The translations under genes were made by a program, and so were the position numbers. Below are positions 1-8,033 of a stretch of DNA of 64,000 bases, piece after piece (the first letter of the stretch is position 1; each line of letters opens with the position of its first letter). The notes beneath the pieces are model-generated. The model did no database searches. It was not told where the DNA came from and saw only the letters and a list, made by a program, of their open reading frames with translations. The stretch spans positions 3,337 through 67,336 of the forward strand of contig VGJJ01000001.1 in NCBI GenBank assembly GCA_016867455.1, in the 5' to 3' direction. The DNA is from Candidatus Iainarchaeum sp. Its GTDB lineage: Archaea > Iainarchaeota > Iainarchaeia > Iainarchaeales > VGJJ01.

Positions 1-312
1 GATGATTTGATTAATTGGACGCCTATCCAAAAAATAAAAGCATTGGATTTGCCATTTGGCCAAGCAGGGGAACCGAATTGTTTAGGCAGTTGGGTTTCCG
101 GCGCAACATTCAACATGTATCCTTCTCTTATCGACCATTCCGCCACCACGATTAATTTTGAAGATAGTGGGCAAACCCCTCATTTGTATTGGACGCGCAT
201 CAACAACTATTTGGGCGCGGGAAATCCAAATGGAAATGACCGTGATTTGGTTCGACAACAGGTAACATTGTGCTTGGAAAACGACCCCGAATATCCTAAT
301 TGCACTCCTTGA
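1..312 (+). CDS. Hypothetical protein, C-terminal fragment; the gene probably starts upstream of the window
   Basis: The reading frame is open from nt 1 and the ORF tool's TTG start at nt 7 is arbitrary. No recognisable motif. Confidence 0.3.
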   Translation, partial: DDLINWTPIQKIKALDLPFGQAGEPNCLGSWVSGATFNMYPSLIDHSATTINFEDSGQTPHLYWTRINNYLGAGNPNGNDRDLVRQQVTLCLENDPEYPNCTP

Positions 313-354
313 AATAATACAGCAAATTATTTTCAGAGCAGAAAAAATAATTAA

Positions 355-1860
355 TCAAGTACAGGTGCTTCCCGCGCATGTTTTGAGATACGTTACACGG
401 TTGTGGAATTGTTGAATGAGTGAAGAATAACACGGGTTCGCGTGCTGGCTTTCCAACAAATACGGGTCCCCCACGGGTCGGCATGAATCCGGGGTCAATG
501 CGAATAATTCTTTTTCGTCCACCACCCCATCATTCGTGTAATCGTATTCCGTGTACAAGTATTCTCGTCCCGTGGACACGTTATAGGTTCGCAGTCCGCG
601 ATAATAATTCACGAGAGGGTTTTCCGTGAGAATATCTGAACGCCAAGACGTGGTTCCGGTTGGATTAGTCAACAAAGGAACAAGCGAGCGGCCGTCTTGC
701 AGCAACCCGGGAGTAGCGGATGCCCATTCCAAAAATGTAGGAGTCAAGTCCACATTCATCACGAGTTCGGGAACAATTTTTCCTTTAGGAATACTTGGTC
801 CACTCATGATTAATGGTACGCGCAAGGATTCATACGCCAAGAATTTTCCACTTTTACGATGCTCTCCCAGCATGAATCCATTATCGCTCGTGAAAACAAC
901 AATGGTGTTGCCATATTGTCCCGTGGCTCGCAGGGTTTGGAGTATTTTTCCCACTCCCTCATCCACGGCTAACAAGCTTTCCATGCGGTGTTCATAATTA
1001 TTTTTTACTTCCGCAATATCTTGCGACGTGAGTGGGGGCAGGTAGCTGATGAAAATAGCTTTGTCGGAGACATCGGCTTCATTAAATGCAGGAGACATGG
1101 GCAATGATGACCCGGACATAAGCCCTTGATGTCTCGGCGCCGCGGGAGGGGGATTGTTTCCCATGCTCAAATCTTCATGCGGCGCTAAATAATCCACTTG
1201 CATGAAGAAGGGTTGATTCTCATACGGTCGCTGCGTCAAATAATCCTGGGCTTGCCGCGTGATTACATCCGTTTGATAATCACTCGCACTCGAACCATAA
1301 GTCACAACATTCGTCCCATCATACACGGAATAATTGTAATACTTGTGCATGTTCCCAAACGTCGTGAACCACTTATTCCATCCCGCAGGGGGAGCATGAT
1401 AGCTTCCACTCGGATCGAGGACAACGTTATACCCATTCATGTATTTTCCCAAGTGCATCGTATAATATCCCGCTTGTCCTAACCATATGGGGAGCGTGTT
1501 CGTGTGATTCAATTTGGCATAGCCTCCCGTGCTTCCTCCATTCGATAACACGGTGTGGTTGTGCGCGTATTGTCCCGTGAGGGTGGTTGCTCGTGAGGGG
1601 CAACATAGAGGGAATGACACGTAGGAGCGGTCAAAATAGGTTCCCCTGCGCATGATGAGTTCGCGCACGTTTTTCATGACCGGCCTTCCGTTGGGAAGTT
1701 TATCAAAAAATGTTTGAAAATCCTGGTCATCCGTGCGAATGAAAACAATGTTAGGCTGCGTCGCCGAGGAAGGGGGTAAACTATTCGCGGATGACACGTT
1801 GGCCAAAATAATAATCGTTAACAATCCCAATCCAATTACCGTATAGAGTGCACGATTCAT
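355..1860 (-). CDS. Sulfatase (arylsulfatase / N-acetylglucosamine-6-sulfatase family), secreted
   Basis: N-terminal signal peptide or TM segment. Cys-type sulfatase signature PLCCPSRATTLTGQY (C-x-P-x-R, the formylglycine site). Length ~500 aa is typical of the family. Confidence 0.85.
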   Translation of the reverse strand: MNRALYTVIGLGLLTIIILANVSSANSLPPSSATQPNIVFIRTDDQDFQTFFDKLPNGRPVMKNVRELIMRRGTYFDRSYVSFPLCCPSRATTLTGQYAHNHTVLSNGGSTGGYAKLNHTNTLPIWLGQAGYYTMHLGKYMNGYNVVLDPSGSYHAPPAGWNKWFTTFGNMHKYYNYSVYDGTNVVTYGSSASDYQTDVITRQAQDYLTQRPYENQPFFMQVDYLAPHEDLSMGNNPPPAAPRHQGLMSGSSLPMSPAFNEADVSDKAIFISYLPPLTSQDIAEVKNNYEHRMESLLAVDEGVGKILQTLRATGQYGNTIVVFTSDNGFMLGEHRKSGKFLAYESLRVPLIMSGPSIPKGKIVPELVMNVDLTPTFLEWASATPGLLQDGRSLVPLLTNPTGTTSWRSDILTENPLVNYYRGLRTYNVSTGREYLYTEYDYTNDGVVDEKELFALTPDSCRPVGDPYLLESQHANPCYSSLIQQFHNRVTYLKTCAGSTCT

Positions 1861-1864
1861 CCCA

Positions 1865-3058
1865 TCACTTCCGTTTGGTCTTCAATTCCCTCATTATTTT
1901 TTGGGCTTCTTTCCTCGCCCACGCGTCCGCGTGCAACACATCCTCAAAGGAAGGGTGTTTGTTATTTTTATGACGCGAAACAACTTCGCGTATGGTGCGT
2001 TGAATATCCAAAAATTCAATTTCATTTTTCAAAAATGATTCCACGCACGTGTCATTGGCTGCGTTTAACACGCAGCAAACGGTTCCTTTTTCTCGCGCCG
2101 CATCTAATCCCATTTGCAAACAATCAAATGTTTTCACGTCCGGTTGTTCGAATGTGAATTGTTTTGCTTTCACAAAATCAAATGGAGGAACGTTGAGTTT
2201 GATATGCGAAGGGTGTGTGAGTGCATACTGTATAGGAATCCTCATGTCGTGATGACCCACTTGGGCCATAATACTTCCGTCTGTGAATTCGACCATGGAG
2301 TGAATAATGGATTGGGGGTGAACCACCACATCAATTTTTTCGGCGGGAATATCATACAGCCACATGGCTTCATTGACTTCAAATCCTTTGTTCATAAGGG
2401 TAGCGGAATCAATCGTAATTTTTCCACCCATTTTCCAGGTGGGGTGGTTCAATGCTTGTTCACGTGTCACGCCTTCCAATTGGTTGAGCGTTTTTCCGCG
2501 GAAGGGGCCGCCGGAGCACGTGATAATGAGTCGCGTGACTTCATTCACGTTTTCTCCTTTCAAGCATTGAAAAATAGCCGAGTGTTCCGAATCAATGGGA
2601 GTCAAATCAATATGGTGTTTTTTTACGAGAGGCATGACGACCGCGCCCGCACTCACGAGCGTTTCCTTGTTGGCAAGTGCAATTTTTTTGCGCGCGTGAA
2701 TGGCTTCAATCGTGGGTTTCATTCCAATATTCCCCACTAATGCTTGAACAATCGTATCCGCGTTTTCCCATCGCGCGGCTTCATTCAATCCAGCGTATCC
2801 GGAAAGGACGTGCACGCTTCCCTTCATTTTTTTCTTCAACGCATCCGCTTTCGTTTCATCCACTAAGCACACGGCTTCAGGACGGTATTGGTGGACTTGT
2901 TTCTCCAATAATTCCATCGAACCATTCGCGGTGAGGACTTTCACACTAAACTCGTTGGGGTGTTGGTCCACAATATCCAATGTTTGCGTACCAATGCTTC
3001 CGGTGCTTCCTAAGATAGCTAATCGTTGATGGGGACGGGAGGGCATGAGCATAATCAT
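1865..3058 (-). CDS. dxr: 1-deoxy-D-xylulose 5-phosphate reductoisomerase (MEP pathway)
   Basis: Motifs LAILGSTGSIGTQTLDIV at the N-terminus, LANKETLV and PIDSEHSAIFQ are hallmark DXR blocks. The true start may be the Met 2 or 4 codons downstream (3052 or 3046). Confidence 0.9.
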   Translation of the reverse strand: MIMLMPSRPHQRLAILGSTGSIGTQTLDIVDQHPNEFSVKVLTANGSMELLEKQVHQYRPEAVCLVDETKADALKKKMKGSVHVLSGYAGLNEAARWENADTIVQALVGNIGMKPTIEAIHARKKIALANKETLVSAGAVVMPLVKKHHIDLTPIDSEHSAIFQCLKGENVNEVTRLIITCSGGPFRGKTLNQLEGVTREQALNHPTWKMGGKITIDSATLMNKGFEVNEAMWLYDIPAEKIDVVVHPQSIIHSMVEFTDGSIMAQVGHHDMRIPIQYALTHPSHIKLNVPPFDFVKAKQFTFEQPDVKTFDCLQMGLDAAREKGTVCCVLNAANDTCVESFLKNEIEFLDIQRTIREVVSRHKNNKHPSFEDVLHADAWARKEAQKIMRELKTKRK

Positions 3059-3210
3059 TCATGGATTGGGTTAAATATCCTCTCCCACCCCCTAAAATGA
3101 AAAAATGATGCATACAATCTACAATTGACGTAATTACCCTTGTTGCGCGTCAAAAATAACGATTGTTTTTTATGCGATTTCCAAATGAAGTAAATCATTC
3201 GACCATTTTT

Positions 3211-3215
3211 GGAGG
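3211..3215 (+). promoter_or_regulatory. Shine-Dalgarno-like GGAGG, 8 nt upstream of the ispH ATG
   Basis: The sequence ggaggattttttcATG is seen directly. It supports ATG 3224 as the start rather than the ORF-track start at 3209. Confidence 0.5.
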
Positions 3216-3223
3216 ATTTTTTC

Positions 3224-4237
3224 ATGAAGATTGAACTCGCTCGCGCCGCTGGTTTTTGTTTTGGAGTCAAACGCAGCGTAAAACTTTCTCATGAGACACT
3301 CGACCAGGGTCCCGCATTCTTGTATGGGATGCCCGTGCACAATCAGCGAGTTGTCCAGAAAATCATTGACCACGGCGGAAAACTCGTGGAAGACAATCCC
3401 TACGCCGCGTCCAAAATTTCTCGCTTTACTCATTTGAATTCCATGGATGAAATTCCGGCAGGAAGCACCGTCCTCATGCGTGCGCACGGTGTTACCGTAC
3501 AAGCATTGGAAAAAGCCAAAGAAAAAGAGTTGAAAATCGTCGACACCACCTGCCCATTCGTGACCATGGTTCACAAGACCGCAAAAGTATTGTTTGATGA
3601 AAAATACCAAGTCATTATTGTGGGCGAACATGGTCATCCGGAAGTGGAAGGAATCAAAAGTTATGCCCCCAACGCGATTGTAGTGGAAAATGCGGAAGAA
3701 GCCAGCAAATTATTCCCGCGAAAAACACAATACTACACGAATGATGAACTCATGAAAGCTAAAACCGACGCGGAAGTAGTGGAAAAATTACATTATCCCG
3801 TGTTAACGAAGATTGGAATTGTTTCCCAAACCACCCAATCAAACGACAATGTGCAAGCCGTGGCCATGGCGGTCATGGGTAAAGCTCGTGAAGTAAGAGT
3901 GTACAACACTATTTGCAATGCCATGCATGAAATGCAGCCCGGTGCGGTGCAGCTTTCCACTCAAGTTAATGTCATGCTCATTATTGGGGGAAGAAATAGT
4001 GGAAACACCAAAAGACAGGCCGAATTGTGCGCGCAGCAGACGAAAACACACTGGATTGAATCCGCGGACGAGTTGAAACCCGAATGGTTTACGAATGTAA
4101 AACACGTGGGAATAGGCGCTGGCGCCAGTACACCGGATGAAGACATTGAAGACGTGATTGCGTGGTTGAAAAAATACGACAAGGAAACGAATCACGTTGA
4201 GAGTGAAATCATCCGCCCTGCGTACGTGGTGCATTGA
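3224..4237 (+). CDS. ispH: 4-hydroxy-3-methylbut-2-enyl diphosphate reductase (IspH/LytB)
   Basis: N-terminus MKIELARAAGFCFGVKRSV is the classic LytB block. Conserved Cys residues and ~340 aa length fit. The stop overlaps the next gene. Confidence 0.9.
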   Translation: MKIELARAAGFCFGVKRSVKLSHETLDQGPAFLYGMPVHNQRVVQKIIDHGGKLVEDNPYAASKISRFTHLNSMDEIPAGSTVLMRAHGVTVQALEKAKEKELKIVDTTCPFVTMVHKTAKVLFDEKYQVIIVGEHGHPEVEGIKSYAPNAIVVENAEEASKLFPRKTQYYTNDELMKAKTDAEVVEKLHYPVLTKIGIVSQTTQSNDNVQAVAMAVMGKAREVRVYNTICNAMHEMQPGAVQLSTQVNVMLIIGGRNSGNTKRQAELCAQQTKTHWIESADELKPEWFTNVKHVGIGAGASTPDEDIEDVIAWLKKYDKETNHVESEIIRPAYVVH

Positions 4238-4251
4238 AGAAGGTAAATTCC

Positions 4252-5142
4252 ATGCCTTCCTCGCTCACTCTTTCTTCTCCCGCTAAACTCACGCTGGTAC
4301 TGGATATTATCCGCAAGCGCGAGGATGGTTATCATGAAGTCGAATTAGTGCTGCAGGAATTGGCCATCCACGACACGATAACCATTGAAGCGCTTCCTCA
4401 TTCCAGTGAAATTATTCTCTCATGCACAGACGCAAGCGTTCCCTTGAATGAGAAAAACTCGTGCCACAAAGCAACCATTCTGATGCAAAATGAATTCGCC
4501 AGCCAAAATCCTGGCAAACCTATTCAGGGAGTGAAAATTCATATTGATAAAAAAATTCCTTCCGCGGGAGGATTAGGTGGGGGAAGTTCTAACTCGGCAA
4601 CGGTTTTGAAAGGGTTGAATGAGTTGTGGCAATTGAACTTGTCCAAGAATGTTCTCAAAAATTTGGGGGCGAAGATTGGTTCCGATGAAGTATTTTTGAT
4701 TGAAGGGGGAACGTGCATTGGTTTAGGTCGCGGAGAAATCGTTGAGCCTATTGAAAAATGTCCGCGTCTTGAACTCGCTATTATTACTCCCCCTGTCAAG
4801 GTTCCTGAGAAAAAAAGTGCGTGGGTATATGGTCATTTTGACGTGAACAAAGTTTCCCATCATTATTCGATACACGAAATGAGGAAAGCCATTCGATCGA
4901 ATGATCCTCAAAAAGTGGCCGAAAAAATGGGGAATGTTTTTGAAACACTTGAACTACTGGAGTACGCGGTCGTGTTTGCCCTCATTGAAGGGTTGAAGCA
5001 AATGTCGGGCGTCCGGACGAGTATGCTCGCCGGCGCCGGACCCACCGTGGTATGCGTGTGCGACTCTCAACGGACGGCGAGTCAAATCATTGAACCTTTC
5101 CGCGCGCGCGGGTGGGTGGCATTTACCACACACACGGTTTAG
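4252..5142 (+). CDS. ispE: 4-diphosphocytidyl-2-C-methyl-D-erythritol kinase (IspE, GHMP kinase)
   Basis: N-terminus SPAKLTLVLDI...EDGYHEVELVLQ matches the IspE family (compare E. coli PAKLNLFLYI...DGYH). GHMP ATP-binding loop IPSAGGLGGGSSNSA is present. ATG 4252 is preferred over the TTG at 4234 that overlaps the ispH stop. Confidence 0.85.
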   Translation: MPSSLTLSSPAKLTLVLDIIRKREDGYHEVELVLQELAIHDTITIEALPHSSEIILSCTDASVPLNEKNSCHKATILMQNEFASQNPGKPIQGVKIHIDKKIPSAGGLGGGSSNSATVLKGLNELWQLNLSKNVLKNLGAKIGSDEVFLIEGGTCIGLGRGEIVEPIEKCPRLELAIITPPVKVPEKKSAWVYGHFDVNKVSHHYSIHEMRKAIRSNDPQKVAEKMGNVFETLELLEYAVVFALIEGLKQMSGVRTSMLAGAGPTVVCVCDSQRTASQIIEPFRARGWVAFTTHTV

Positions 5143-5150
5143 GAATTAGA

Positions 5151-5675
5151 CTAGCTCAATCCCAGCGCGTGCATGATGGCATTAATCACCGTCATAATCC
5201 ACGTCACGATGTTGGCGATGAACACGGCGAATTCTCCTCCGCCACCTTGCACCGCGGAGTAGGTTAGTTTTCCTGAGTTCACGGCTTGAATAAATGCGTT
5301 TGAAATATTTTCACTCTGCGCGATTCCCAGGATGGTGGCTTCATCTGTTGTAATGACCATACTCGGATTCGTGGGCGCGTATCGTGTAAAGGAAACAATT
5401 TCATTGTTGCTCAACACTACTCCCAGTGTTTCCGACACCCCATCATTCCTCGTCAAATTGACTTGCACGCGCTGATTTCCAAAAATAGCTTTTACGGGAG
5501 CGGGCAATTCAGAAAATTGCTGCGATGCAAATGAGAGTTGTCCCTGCACCTCGGGCAAAAGATTTCCGCTCGCATCAAATGACGCATCCAAAAATTGCGA
5601 AGCATTAATGGGTTGAGCGTGCGTTGATATAGAAAATAAGAAAACAAAAATAAATCCCATGAGAAGTGATTTCAT
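5151..5675 (-). CDS. Small secreted protein with signal peptide and C-terminal TM anchor; paralogue of 12481..12993
   Basis: Signal peptide MKSLLMGFIFVFLFSISTHA. C-terminal hydrophobic helix FAVFIANIVTWIMTVINAIM. Clear similarity to the 12481..12993 product (blocks Q/SGNLI/L..VQ, NQRVQVN/NQRIQVN, SFT). Confidence 0.6.
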   Translation of the reverse strand: MKSLLMGFIFVFLFSISTHAQPINASQFLDASFDASGNLLPEVQGQLSFASQQFSELPAPVKAIFGNQRVQVNLTRNDGVSETLGVVLSNNEIVSFTRYAPTNPSMVITTDEATILGIAQSENISNAFIQAVNSGKLTYSAVQGGGGEFAVFIANIVTWIMTVINAIMHALGLS

Positions 5676-5712
5676 TTAGACTTTTCTCATTTCATTTATT
5701 TAAAGCCATTCT

Positions 5713-7176
5713 TCAGCGGGAACGAATACTCAGTTGTTCCCCCACTTTTTGGTCGAACATGGACAAGAATGCCGGGGCCTGTTCTACTTCTAACCGGCAT
5801 CCGGCCGCGATGCGATGACCCCCTCCTTCGGCGGTTTTTCCTAATGCTACGCACGTTTCCTTTAACGCCGCGCCCAAATTCACTCCATTGCGTACGAGTT
5901 CACTCGTCGCGCGCGCACTGACTTTAATGCTCCCATCCTCATGCCTGGAAAACGCTACAATAGGTTTGTCGGTTTTGACGCCGCCACTTCCGTATAACAT
6001 TCCCGCGACGATTCCCACAATGGAATCCTTTATTTTATTCTCCGCGTCAAAAAAATAATAATTTTCATACTCGCGCAATCCTTCCGTCTGCATGAGTTGA
6101 ATTCCTTCCGCCAAATTGCGCCGGTGTTCTTGCAACAATCCCATGGCACGTGCATAATAGTCTTCGCGGTCTCCTAAACACACGTGGAAACCAATGGTTG
6201 ATTGTCCATTTCGTCCGCACGCGTTTAATACGGTGGAATATTCTTTGGCATCCCTCAATGGAGAATACGGATTTTCCCGCGTGAGCGTGTACACTTCCCC
6301 AATGAGTTCATTCAATTTCCATTCCGGCGTGTTGTGCTCGTGCAAGTGCATCAGTATCGCGGTGGAGAGTGTTTTTTTCTCACTCGCATTCAAATCTTCA
6401 TACGCTCGCCATTTCCCACTTTCGTCTTGCAGGGGAATGTCCAAGTTTTCCAAGAATTTGATGCAATTATCTTTGTTGGCTGTCAAATTGGGGAGAATGG
6501 GGCTTGTGGAAAAAGTTAGATACTGCGCCAGGGGACGAGAGATGCGTCCATATAATCGCAAGTCCGTTTTCACGCGCAACACGTCGGCATCCACTCCTTC
6601 CTGCACCATTTGTTGATTCAATCCCAGCAATCCATTTGAACGGGAGTCCTGCATGTCCCCGCACGCGCCCACTACTCCAATGGAGGCGAGTTCCTTGTTT
6701 TTGCGGGAAATAGCTTTCGCAGTATAATAGGCAATTCCCGCACTGGAAATTTCGACTCCCCCATCTAAACCAAATTCCATGGGATTGAGGTGTTGATCAT
6801 GGGCACCGTTTCCCCGCTGATGATGATCAATAATGTAGAATTCGTTTCCGTATTCGCTTTTGAGCGTGGGAATGTAGCTCGAACCAAAGTCGGTGAAGAT
6901 GAGAGTAGCGTGCATATTTTTGAGTCGCGAAATATCCTCCGTGTATAATTGCTTGAGCGTCACTGTGTTTACCTCAATTTGCTCCCGCTGCAGGGCTTTT
7001 ACCATGATGCTCCCGCTCGTTAAACCATCACAATCATGGTGGGTCACCACCACGGCTTTGTCTAATATGCGCAACTTTTCCGCGCATGCGTCAATGCGCT
7101 CAAAAAATGCTTTAACCGCTTCATCGCGCCCTTCTTTGGAAACAAGGGCATTCAATTCCTGCACGCTTCCGCCCAT
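5713..7176 (-). CDS. DHH-family phosphoesterase, archaeal RecJ-like (GAN/Cdc45-like) nuclease
   Basis: DHH motif VTHHDCDGLTSG. DHHA1-like C-terminal GGGHRIAAG. Length ~490 aa. Confidence 0.8.
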   Translation of the reverse strand: MGGSVQELNALVSKEGRDEAVKAFFERIDACAEKLRILDKAVVVTHHDCDGLTSGSIMVKALQREQIEVNTVTLKQLYTEDISRLKNMHATLIFTDFGSSYIPTLKSEYGNEFYIIDHHQRGNGAHDQHLNPMEFGLDGGVEISSAGIAYYTAKAISRKNKELASIGVVGACGDMQDSRSNGLLGLNQQMVQEGVDADVLRVKTDLRLYGRISRPLAQYLTFSTSPILPNLTANKDNCIKFLENLDIPLQDESGKWRAYEDLNASEKKTLSTAILMHLHEHNTPEWKLNELIGEVYTLTRENPYSPLRDAKEYSTVLNACGRNGQSTIGFHVCLGDREDYYARAMGLLQEHRRNLAEGIQLMQTEGLREYENYYFFDAENKIKDSIVGIVAGMLYGSGGVKTDKPIVAFSRHEDGSIKVSARATSELVRNGVNLGAALKETCVALGKTAEGGGHRIAAGCRLEVEQAPAFLSMFDQKVGEQLSIRSR

Positions 7177-7285
7177 ACGTTAAACATATGGCAAAAGTCA
7201 CTTTTAAGGGTGCGGTAGGCATTTTTCCGTGAAAATCAAGTTTGAGTCAAATTGGGTTTATATTCCACGAAAATTTGATGAAAGT

Positions 7286-7996
7286 ATGAATCATCGCTCC
7301 CTGGCGTTCACCCTGCTCGTGTGCGCCATGCTTGTGTCCATTGCTTTCGGATTATTTGTCGCCCAATCCGCGGAACGACCCTCCCCTACAGGAGAAGTGA
7401 GCCAGTCCCCCTACATCTATCTCATTTTCACTATTCTCTTGTTCACCATGGGCTTCCTCTTGAGTAAAGTTCTCGCGGGGGAAAATTCAAAGTTTTCATT
7501 TGCTGCTTTTCTTAACGTGTGTTTTGCCGCCTTGTTGATTAGTGGCCTTGCCCATGAATTCGTGCACATTCTCCTCATCAATCACCCCGTGCAAATGCGC
7601 TTCCACTTTGGTGATTCGAATGCTATTTTTTCCACGTGTTGTTTGTCCCCCGGAGAAGCACCCTATGAAGAAGTAGCGTATGCTATTCAATTCATGGTCC
7701 TTATTTTGTGGATATTTTTCAGTCGACACACATTCTACAATGGCCGCTTCCGCGAATTATGGAAATATAATTTCACTAAAAATGATTCTAAATTTATTCC
7801 CGCAAAGAATACGAAGAAAAAAAATATACCCGCCAAAAAAACAAGCGAATGGGATGAAGAAGACTTGGAGCGCGAGTGGAATGAACACAAAACGGCGATG
7901 GAGAACAACCTTTCTCGCAAAACAAAACCCGCTCAACGAGGAAAGCAAAGCGATTTAGAAGACGATGTTCAAAAGATTGGCCGATTAAAAGTTTAA
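7286..7996 (+). CDS. Hypothetical membrane protein with Lys-rich C-terminal tail
   Basis: About four predicted TM helices followed by a K/E-rich tail. ATG 7286 is ~22 nt downstream of a TATA-like box TTTATATT (7257-7264), consistent with a leaderless archaeal transcript. The ORF-track start at 7229 would include the promoter. Confidence 0.5.
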   Translation: MNHRSLAFTLLVCAMLVSIAFGLFVAQSAERPSPTGEVSQSPYIYLIFTILLFTMGFLLSKVLAGENSKFSFAAFLNVCFAALLISGLAHEFVHILLINHPVQMRFHFGDSNAIFSTCCLSPGEAPYEEVAYAIQFMVLILWIFFSRHTFYNGRFRELWKYNFTKNDSKFIPAKNTKKKNIPAKKTSEWDEEDLEREWNEHKTAMENNLSRKTKPAQRGKQSDLEDDVQKIGRLKV

Positions 7997-8033
7997 AAAA
8001 AATAGTAATCAGCAAAGACGACTAAAAAAATGA

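Noticed and set aside
2049-2934. Plus-strand ORFs (67-208 aa) nested inside the dxr gene
   Set aside because: They lie antisense within a gene with unmistakable DXR motifs and have low-complexity, non-protein-like composition, so they are spurious. The same reasoning applies to the many 60-165-aa ORFs nested in rad50, the HerA-like gene, the surface proteins and the radical SAM genes.
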